Source: an uncultured bacterium (GTDB lineage: Bacteria > CSSED10-310 > CAZUFC01). From it: 64,000 bases of DNA. The notes beneath the pieces were generated by a model. That model made no database searches, had not been told where the DNA came from, and saw only the letters and a program-made list of their open reading frames with translations. A program made the position numbers and the translations under genes. Shown in pieces: positions 49,187-56,759 of this stretch; the stretch's first letter is position 1, and every line of letters begins with the position of its first letter. The stretch is taken from positions 1-64,000 of the forward strand of contig CAZUFC010000032.1 of NCBI GenBank assembly GCA_964619725.1. Reading direction: 5' to 3'.

Positions 49187-49432
49187 GATTTTGGATCACG
49201 TTTTTAAAATTTGACTTTTTCAATCGAGGCGTCAAAAAAAAAACGGATCAAAACGGAACTTTTTCAGAGACCGTGTGTTAGAAAGGTTGGATTTGATGAG
49301 GGAATTATTTGGGAAATCGCACTCCTAACATAAAACACTTTCTAATTATTCCCACCAAAGAAGTCCCACACAAAACCTACGGAAAAAAGCCCGAGAGTTA
49401 AAAATTTTAGCTCTCGGGTCATTCCTTTCTTG
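49187..49432 (+). ncRNA. Candidate structured RNA B (~245 nt) sharing its 3' ~105 nt with RNA A
   Basis: Consensus promoter; 5' hairpin 49189-49252; C-rich core 49320-49388; 3' hairpin gcccgagagtta / tagctctcgggt (49389-49419) followed by cattcctttctt. Confidence 0.65.
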
Positions 49433-49580
49433 AGAAAAAAACGGGACTAAAACCGGGGCAACTCTTTTTCCTGCAATATTCGACTGATTGCAATCCCCAT
49501 TAAGAAACGAACACTGCCGCACAACTCACTGTTTGACGAACTCATCGCAGTTTTCTTCATCAAGGGCCGTTTGTTCAGTT

Positions 49581-49682
49581 ATCGGCGTCGGTATCGGTAT
49601 CGTGGTCGTTATCGCAATCGGGATGGCAATCGGAGTCGCAATCGGTATCGCAATCGGGGTCGGTATAGGTATCGCCATCGGA
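49581..49682. repeat. Array of 17 degenerate RTCGNN hexamers
   Basis: atcggc gtcggt atcggt atcgtg gtcgtt atcgca atcggg ... atcgga; same unit and similar left flank (ttcagt) as module B arrays. Confidence 0.9.
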
Positions 49683-49968
49683 ATAAACAATCAGGAGGAG
49701 ATGCGTTTCTCATTATCAGATTTTCATGTCTTCTCAATAATTCAAAGCTGCGAAACCGGACCCTTGAAACACGGAAATTTGATCACCGCCCAAATTTTAC
49801 AGCCTGACAGGCGCTGCCGGGAATGGAATGCTGAATCAGAGGATTGAGCAGGAAGATTAATCGGACTTGAAAGCGAAAGGGAAAAGGGTTAATCTGTGAG
49901 AGGAAGCCGATTTAATTGGTTTATTCAGTAAAAAAGGGTATAGGGAGAAGAGAACGAAGAGAGGGAAA

Positions 49969-50391
49969 TTGATGTCTGAAATGAAGACGAAAGAGATAAG
50001 GTTAAAGACCGGCGGTTGGTCTGACATGATCGATTTATCCAGGGAAATAGATCGATTTTTAACGGAAAGCGATGCGGGCGACGGACTATTGACTGTTTTC
50101 GTACCGGGGTCCACGGCCGGAGTAACGACGATAGAGTACGAATCGGGGGCGCTTGAGGATTTGAAAAGGACGTTTGAGCGACTCGTACCGACGAATATAA
50201 AGTATGAACATGATAAGAGATGGGGCGACGGAAACGGTTTTTCTCACGTGCGGGCGGCCCTTCTGGGGCCTTCCGTCAGCATTCCCGTCCGCCAGGGCAA
50301 GCTGATTATCGGAACCTGGCAACAGGTCATAGTCGTTGATTTCGACAACAGGTCCCGTGATCGAAGAATTATCCTGCAATTAATGCAATGA
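49969..50391 (+). CDS. yjbQ: YjbQ / UPF0047 family protein (secondary thiamine-phosphate synthase-like)
   Basis: VPGSTAGVTTIEYE, YEHD, GNGFSHVRAALLGPS, GTWQQV..DFD. Confidence 0.92.
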   Translation: MMSEMKTKEIRLKTGGWSDMIDLSREIDRFLTESDAGDGLLTVFVPGSTAGVTTIEYESGALEDLKRTFERLVPTNIKYEHDKRWGDGNGFSHVRAALLGPSVSIPVRQGKLIIGTWQQVIVVDFDNRSRDRRIILQLMQ

Positions 50392-50399
50392 AATGAAAG

Positions 50400-50873
50400 A
50401 TGACGAAAAATAAGAAAAAAAACAACGCTCCGAAAAAAAACAAGCAGGCATTCTATACCATCAGCGTAATAGCGGAAATGCTCGATACTCATCCCCAGAC
50501 ATTAAGGAAATATGAACGCGAGGGACTCATTAAGCCGCAACGTTCAGAGGGAAAAACCCGTCTGTATTCGGACGAGGACATAAAGAAGATAAAACGGATA
50601 TTTAATTTAACGCGCAACCTGGGGGTTAATCTGGCAGGAGTTGAGGTGATTCTGGGCATGCGTCGGCAAATTGACGAACTGCACGCTTCATTTGAATCAG
50701 CGGTTAAATCATTGTTCAGAGAATTTACCGGCGAGAATCCGGAATTGAAGAAACGTTTTCGGGACATAATGAAAGACTGCGCAGCATTTAAAATTTTTAA
50801 CATTGAAGATTGGGAAGAAATCCGGTCATCGGGAGGAAGTAAAAAAACGGAAAACGGTCGACAGGAGGATTGA
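50400..50873 (+). CDS. hspR: MerR-family heat-shock repressor, HspR-like
   Basis: YTISVIAEMLDTHPQTLRKYEREGLIKPQRSEGKTRLYS and LGVNLAGVEVIL are HspR hallmarks. Confidence 0.85.
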   Translation: MTKNKKKNNAPKKNKQAFYTISVIAEMLDTHPQTLRKYEREGLIKPQRSEGKTRLYSDEDIKKIKRIFNLTRNLGVNLAGVEVILGMRRQIDELHASFESAVKSLFREFTGENPELKKRFRDIMKDCAAFKIFNIEDWEEIRSSGGSKKTENGRQED

Positions 50874-50964
50874 GAGGTTTGAGGGACCATGTGGGAAGCA
50901 ACATATTCAGACAATGACCGGAGAATTTAACTCATTCATTCAAGCCGGGCACGGATAAAGTGGA

Positions 50965-51831
50965 ATGAACAGAGGCAAATCGGGAAATATAAGCGATCCG
51001 CATGATTCTTTGAGTCTCTATCTTCGGGACATCAGCAGATGTCCTCGTTTTTCGCCGGAAGAGGAAGCTGAACTTGCGCGGACTATCAGGAAGAATGAAC
51101 CCGAGGAATCGGAAGAAGCGCTGAAAAAGCTGGTGCTGTCGAATCTTCGCTTTGTGGTGGACATAGCGAAAAAGTATCACGGCTGGGGAACGACTTTAAG
51201 CGACCTGATTAATGAGGGCAACACGGGGCTGATCGAGGCAGCCCGGAGGTTTGATCCGGATAAGGGCGTTCAGTTCACCACATATGCCGTATGGTGGATT
51301 CGACAGGCGATTCTGAAAGCTCTGGCCGAATATTCCGGGATCGTCCGTCTGCCTCTTCAACAGGCCAACCTTTCCTACCAGATAATCAAAGTCTACCGTG
51401 AGTTATCTCAAAAGTATCAGCGCGATCCCACTCTCCAGGAAATAGCCCATAAAATGGAAATGAAAGAAAAGGACATCATCGACATTCTGAGGGTGGTCAA
51501 AAATGTCGTTTCTCTAGACGTGCCCGACGATTCTGAAAAAAATTACGCGCCTGTCGTCCGTGCTGATGCCGACGATAACAACCCCTTAAAAGAAATAGAG
51601 AAAACGCTTTTCGCTGAAAGCATTGAAGAACTGCTGGCTAATTTGAGTCCCAGAGAAAGGGAAATTATTAAGATGCGCTACGGATTCGATGATCGCGAAC
51701 CGATGAACCTGGAAAACATCGGCAAAAAACTTAATTTGACGAAGGAACGAATAAGACAGATCGAAAATCAGGCAAAAGAAAAATTAAGACGCATGGCCGT
51801 CCGGCGTCACCTGAAAGATTACCTGAATTGA
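50965..51831 (+). CDS. Alternative sigma70-family factor (RpoD/RpoS/RpoH-like, no region 1.1)
   Basis: LYLRDI (1.2), NLRFVVDIAKKY, DLINEGNTGL, FTTYAVWWIRQAI (2.3-2.4), LTKERIRQIE (4.2). Confidence 0.93.
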   Translation: MNRGKSGNISDPHDSLSLYLRDISRCPRFSPEEEAELARTIRKNEPEESEEALKKLVLSNLRFVVDIAKKYHGWGTTLSDLINEGNTGLIEAARRFDPDKGVQFTTYAVWWIRQAILKALAEYSGIVRLPLQQANLSYQIIKVYRELSQKYQRDPTLQEIAHKMEMKEKDIIDILRVVKNVVSLDVPDDSEKNYAPVVRADADDNNPLKEIEKTLFAESIEELLANLSPREREIIKMRYGFDDREPMNLENIGKKLNLTKERIRQIENQAKEKLRRMAVRRHLKDYLN

Positions 51832-51937
51832 ATTTTTCGTTTGCCTTTTCCCTCCTTCTTTCCTATTAATAATATTCGCCGCCGTCGGCATCAAGTATGA
51901 AAACGCGGAACTCCCCATCTCAAAAGAATCCCGGCGA

Positions 51938-52909
51938 ATGAAAACGAATTCATTGCTGAAAAGGGTATTTGTTTTTCTCATCCTGATACTAATTTCGGGG
52001 TCATTTGTATGGTATTATTATGAGAATCAGGAACTTTTCAGTCGTATAACGTTCGTTTCGCCTACCCTTTTGATCGTTATTCTGTTCCTGATAATTTTCC
52101 AGTTATTCCTCATCGGCATGATCAACCGAAGCGTGTTGCAACCTTTCAACGTGCATCTGGGCAAAATCGAAGCATTTGAAATAGCGGTAATCAACCGCTT
52201 CGCCAACTATATCTCACCCTTTAAGAGCGGCATTGCAGCCAAAGCTTTTTATCTGAAAAAACGCCACGGCCTGACATACACCTATTTCATCACCTCCATC
52301 GGCGCCACTCAAATCATCGCCGCTCTGATCGCCGGACTCATCGGAATGCTCGCCGTTTCGGCCATTTACCTCGATACCGGGAAATTCAATTGGATAATCC
52401 TGGGCATCTTTTCGACCGTGTTGATTTTATTGCCTTTGATCATTTTATCCGCGCCTCGTCTGAAAGAACGCAGGAGCAAGTGGATAAACCGCCTGATTCA
52501 GGTAATCAACGGATGGGATATGATCAGATCGAACCGGAAAGCCATGTTTCAGGTCATGTTCTTTTTTCTTCTTCAGAGGATTGCCGCAGCGTACAGCCTT
52601 TTTTTTCTTTTTCGGGTTTTCGGATTATCCCTCGGATTGCACGAAGCCCTTTTTCTATCTTCAATTTCCTATTTCGGATTCATGATCGGAATCACTCCGG
52701 CGGGTTTCGGCGTTCAGGAGTGGATCACTGTCTTTTCTGCACTGACAGTTGGCATAGGGCCGGCGGAAAGTATGAGCGTGGCTTTATTAAGACGAGCGGT
52801 CAATGTTCTGGCGCTTTTCATGCTTGTTCCGCTTTGCGGCGCCGGACTTTTCAAGATCAATAAGAACCCGGTCATTGAAGAACAAGACGCAGATCACCAT
52901 CTGGGATAA
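51938..52909 (+). CDS. UPF0104 / lysylphosphatidylglycerol-synthase TM (flippase-like) membrane protein
   Basis: About 8 TMs; FANYISPFKSG, ITPAGFGVQE, ALLRR. Confidence 0.8.
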   Translation: MKTNSLLKRVFVFLILILISGSFVWYYYENQELFSRITFVSPTLLIVILFLIIFQLFLIGMINRSVLQPFNVHLGKIEAFEIAVINRFANYISPFKSGIAAKAFYLKKRHGLTYTYFITSIGATQIIAALIAGLIGMLAVSAIYLDTGKFNWIILGIFSTVLILLPLIILSAPRLKERRSKWINRLIQVINGWDMIRSNRKAMFQVMFFFLLQRIAAAYSLFFLFRVFGLSLGLHEALFLSSISYFGFMIGITPAGFGVQEWITVFSALTVGIGPAESMSVALLRRAVNVLALFMLVPLCGAGLFKINKNPVIEEQDADHHLG

Positions 52910-52964
52910 TGCAATCGTTTTTTTATCAGAAACTCTCTGCGCCTGTCCGAACCGGCAAGCCAGT

Positions 52965-55220
52965 TTAATACGACCCTGGGGTCCGGCCCTGCTTAAATGA
53001 AGAAACAATGCTGAATTGCTGCCGATACGGCCTGCCGAGCATAGTTTTCATTTCTTTATCGAATACGGCGCTCCATAGGGATAATCGATAAACATCGTTC
53101 AACTGTCCGGGAATATTTATCTTCAGTTCCCTCTTTAAACGTTCGGCGTTTTTGCCGATGCGAACCGGTTTTATGACAGGCTCCGCCGACCAATGGGGAG
53201 CGAATCTCCAGCGACCGTCCCATTGAATCGCCGTAATAAGGCAGTAATCATCCGAAGCAAGCCTGTTAACGACCCTGGTATCAATTTTTAACTCATCGCC
53301 AGGATAGAATACCGTCTTTTCAAGCACAGGAACGGAGAAAACGCCGCAGCCCAGCGTTAACTTTTTTCGGGCTTCCCTGACAATAACGGAACCCGAACGA
53401 TCGAAAATTCTGACCCGCAACCGGTAAACGCCTTCTGCCGGCAAAGCAGCTCTGCTTTTTAACTGATATCGATGTCCTCTTTCTGTGCCTGCAGCATTCA
53501 GGGAAAATTCCAGACCCGTTTCATCCGCCAGATAAAATACGACTCGCGATATTAAACTCGAAGGATCAGAGACATCCACATGCATGTTCATCATCTCCTG
53601 ACCCTCCTCCCCCGGCTCAAATCGCCATACCGGGTCATGAACCTTAACTCTTTCAGCAAATCTTTGCGCATCCGTATACCGGCATGAAAGCTTCTCATCA
53701 TGAAAAGCCGTCGGCCATTCCGAATCAATGAATTTTATCTCCGTTTCCAATTTCCATAATGAAGAAAGCCGATCCTCCTTGTACGACTTACCCAAAAGAA
53801 ATATTTCCCAGCGCCCGTCCTTCTCATTCTTCCAGGCGAATACAGAAGCCGGACGTATTAACCGGGGCGCCGGTTTTTCTTCCGTTGCAGCCGCGCGATC
53901 CACGTTGCTCCAGCTTTCCAGCACAACGCCGGATGAATCCGTTAATACAAATGAACTGCCCAGATATATCAATGCAGCGCTCTTTCCTTGGCCGGTCCTG
54001 ACCGAAATGGGAGGCAGAGTTCCATAATTCAAAGGAAATACTCCCTTTAATCCTCCGGCTTCTCCGTCCCACATGGCCCCGACCTGGTGCAGTTCATTCT
54101 CGATCTCGTCTGTCGAACCATATACAGCAGTTATATCCGGCAAACCGTTTCCTGTTGAATCGGACAAACAGGGATATATGAACGCTCGTTCGCCGAATAT
54201 CTCCATCCTCATATCTGAAAGCCACACCGAATTACCGTCGGCATCCAGCACCTCCACGTATGGACGGCCGTGAGCTTGCCCCGCATGAGAGGTTGAATCG
54301 TCGCCCGTTAATATCAGTTCAGGACTGCCGTCTCCGTTTACGTCCGCTGCAGCCCGCACACATATTGCCGCTCCTTCCCGAACCGCATGATCCTCCCATA
54401 CCGCTTCTCCACGGTGATTGTACAGTTGAACGAACGTCTCATTCCCTTCCTCACTGTAAAATGATACAGCCGCTTCATATCCAGGACAACTTGTATCAAA
54501 ATCCGCTGAACAAAGTCCCGTCAGAATGACCTCTGTTTCCGTCCCAACCTCTTTTACTCCCACTTCACCCCTGCTGGAGATCACCATCAAAACGAATCCT
54601 CCGCTTCCCGCTATCCTCCCTACATTTACCAGCTCCTCAGCTCCGTCACCATCAAAATCAGTCACCGCAAATCTCGACCGAAAATCTATCCCCTGAAATT
54701 TTACCGGCCATCCCTCCGCTTCCTGTCCATCTGCCCTTATACAATGTATCTCCGTTACCATCTCATCCGTCAACCCCTCAGACTGTCCATTACTTAATAC
54801 CGCCAGCGCCTCCTTTCCCCCGAATCGCTTGTCGAAATCCGACGCCGCCAGGTATTCGATACCCATACCAGGCCGTTCTTCCGTATATAATAAAATTGAA
54901 AATGGCTCCTCTCCTCTTAAATCATATCTGAATACTCCCTCACGCTCCTTTGAACCGTCTTCGCCGATACTTACCTCCACTGTCGCCAGCTCGGTATTGC
55001 CGTCGCCGTCTATGTCCGCTGTCAGAGCACACCCAGGACGAAAAACAGGGTCCGCCGCCAAATCCATGCAATGCTCCAAATTGCCGCCGTATACCGCCAC
55101 GCAGCTTGTTAAAAAAATCACTGCCGACAACCACGCCGGCGACCTACCGATTTGACTCACTTTACACTTTCTTCCGCTTACCTTAAAGACGGAGACTGAC
55201 ATAAACGATTCTCCTCTCAT
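52965..55220 (-). CDS. Secreted FG-GAP/VCBS-repeat protein with C-terminal Ig-like domains (start may be 55202)
   Basis: ADIDGDGNTEL, TDFDGDGAEEL, ADVNGDGSPEL, GWPV, SEWPTAFHD; N-terminal hydrophobic segment. Confidence 0.8.
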   Translation of the reverse strand: MRGESFMSVSVFKVSGRKCKVSQIGRSPAWLSAVIFLTSCVAVYGGNLEHCMDLAADPVFRPGCALTADIDGDGNTELATVEVSIGEDGSKEREGVFRYDLRGEEPFSILLYTEERPGMGIEYLAASDFDKRFGGKEALAVLSNGQSEGLTDEMVTEIHCIRADGQEAEGWPVKFQGIDFRSRFAVTDFDGDGAEELVNVGRIAGSGGFVLMVISSRGEVGVKEVGTETEVILTGLCSADFDTSCPGYEAAVSFYSEEGNETFVQLYNHRGEAVWEDHAVREGAAICVRAAADVNGDGSPELILTGDDSTSHAGQAHGRPYVEVLDADGNSVWLSDMRMEIFGERAFIYPCLSDSTGNGLPDITAVYGSTDEIENELHQVGAMWDGEAGGLKGVFPLNYGTLPPISVRTGQGKSAALIYLGSSFVLTDSSGVVLESWSNVDRAAATEEKPAPRLIRPASVFAWKNEKDGRWEIFLLGKSYKEDRLSSLWKLETEIKFIDSEWPTAFHDEKLSCRYTDAQRFAERVKVHDPVWRFEPGEEGQEMMNMHVDVSDPSSLISRVVFYLADETGLEFSLNAAGTERGHRYQLKSRAALPAEGVYRLRVRIFDRSGSVIVREARKKLTLGCGVFSVPVLEKTVFYPGDELKIDTRVVNRLASDDYCLITAIQWDGRWRFAPHWSAEPVIKPVRIGKNAERLKRELKINIPGQLNDVYRLSLWSAVFDKEMKTMLGRPYRQQFSIVSSFKQGRTPGSY

Positions 55221-55315
55221 TAATATTAAAATTTTACTGTTGTTGATCGATTTGAAACCGGGACTCTCGTTAAGTCGAATCTTCCCACCCGGTCTCCCAC
55301 AAAACTCCTTTTTGC

Positions 55316-55344
55316 ATTATATGCCGGTATTACCTGAATTGCAA
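55316..55344 (-). promoter_or_regulatory. Predicted sigma70 promoter of the FG-GAP gene
   Basis: TTGCAA (55344-55339), 17 nt, TATAAT (55321-55316). Confidence 0.7.
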
Positions 55345-55488
55345 GTATTATCTTTTTTGTTTTTCAAAAAAATTTCATTTCACCATAAAAGAATTTGACT
55401 TGTGAAAGGTAAAAGGTTATCAACACAAATAAGAAGCTGAGCTAGCGGCTTCTTGGAGTCAGAAAATTACTTTCAGGGAGAGGAATCC

Positions 55489-56667
55489 ATGAATAAAGAT
55501 AAAGAACCGACGATGGAAGATTGGTTTTCGGGAAAATTTGTAGCTCCGAACGAGGATTTCGAGCGCGGGGAGCTGGTAAGGGGAGAAGTAGTAGAGATAA
55601 ACGAGGATACGGTATTTATAGACATAGGAACGAAAAGCGAAGCGACGGCGGACATATCTGAATTTGCGGATGAAGACGGAGATATTGCGGTATCGGTAGG
55701 AGATGAAGTTGAATTGAGGGTGGCGTCTATTACATCGGAGGGATTGACGTTGAGCCGGGGATTGAAGTTAGAGCCTCAGGAGGCGAAGAGTGCGTTGCAG
55801 GAGGCGTATCGTGATTCGTTCCCTGTGGAGGGAGTAGTGAAGGGGGTAAACAAAGGTGGTTTTGACGTTGAGATATCCGGGATCAGGGTATTTTGTCCGA
55901 TCAGTCAGATAGACTTGAATTATGTTGAGAATCCTGAGTCATTTATCGGATTAAAGAGCATGTTCAAGGTTATGGAATACGGGGAAGGCGGACGCCGTAT
56001 CGTGTTGTCTCGACGAGCTTTTTTAGAGGAAGAGCGTCAGAGGAAGATCGATGAGTTATGGAGTGAGCTTTCGCCGGAAGATGTTGTGAACGGAGTGGTG
56101 ACCCGAATAATGACCTACGGCGCCTTTGTGGACATAGGCGGAATTGAGGGATTATTGCACGTATCTGAAATTTCTTCAGCGAGAGTGGAGAATCCATCCG
56201 AGGTATTGGAACAGGGTCAGAATATTCAGGTTAAGATACTTGACATGAGTCGCGACGAGAAGGGGCGGGAGAAGTTGTCGTTATCGATGAAGGCTCTGGA
56301 GCCTGATCCCTGGGAGAGGGAATTATCGTTTCAGAAGGAGGAGGTAGTAGAGGGCAAGGTAGTGAGCGTGCAATCATTCGGAGTTTTTGTGGAATTGGAG
56401 CCGGGGATACAGGGCCTGGTGCATCTGTCGGAATTGTCCTGGGAGCATGTTCGTCATCCGTCAAGCGTGGTGGATATGGGCGAGGAAGTCAAAGTGAGGG
56501 TATTGGATATAGACAGGGAAAGGCAGCGGATAGCGCTTTCGATCAAGCAGGTGGAGGATTATCATAGACCTCAGGAATCGGATTTCAAGGATGCGGATGA
56601 CAGGCAATCCAGCGGCAAATTAGGCACAATGGCCGATCTGCTCAAAGATTTCAAGCCGAAAGAATAA
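55489..56667 (+). CDS. rpsA: Ribosomal protein S1-like protein with four S1 domains
   Basis: VFIDIGTKSEA, NKGGFDV..RVFCPISQI, YGAFVDIGGIEGLLHVSEIS, FGVFVELEPGIQGLVHLSELSW; ATG at 55489 after GGAGAGGA; possible promoter TTGACT-17-TATCAA at 55395-55423. Confidence 0.85.
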   Translation: MNKDKEPTMEDWFSGKFVAPNEDFERGELVRGEVVEINEDTVFIDIGTKSEATADISEFADEDGDIAVSVGDEVELRVASITSEGLTLSRGLKLEPQEAKSALQEAYRDSFPVEGVVKGVNKGGFDVEISGIRVFCPISQIDLNYVENPESFIGLKSMFKVMEYGEGGRRIVLSRRAFLEEERQRKIDELWSELSPEDVVNGVVTRIMTYGAFVDIGGIEGLLHVSEISSARVENPSEVLEQGQNIQVKILDMSRDEKGREKLSLSMKALEPDPWERELSFQKEEVVEGKVVSVQSFGVFVELEPGIQGLVHLSELSWEHVRHPSSVVDMGEEVKVRVLDIDRERQRIALSIKQVEDYHRPQESDFKDADDRQSSGKLGTMADLLKDFKPKE

Positions 56668-56759
56668 GCGATAAAGATAAATTCGGGATTGAATGAATAG
56701 AGCGCTTGAAGGTTCGGGTATATGGCCGTTCGTACCAGTTTTTGTATGAGAAATGCGGT

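Noticed and set aside
49187-49432. RNA B as 6S RNA, tmRNA, SRP RNA, RNase P RNA, tRNA or a CsrA-binding sRNA
   Set aside because: No single long rod with a central bubble, no tRNA-like ends or tag ORF, no SRP or RNase P core motifs seen; the transcribed strand is UCC/CCC-rich, not GGA-rich.
49488-49847. ORFs 49488-49847 (GIAIG repeats) and 49571-49807 (RYRNR repeats); likewise 3499-3744, 9579-9890 and 9653-10183
   Set aside because: Open frames created by the stop-free RTCGNN arrays and repeat modules; no RBS or domain signal.
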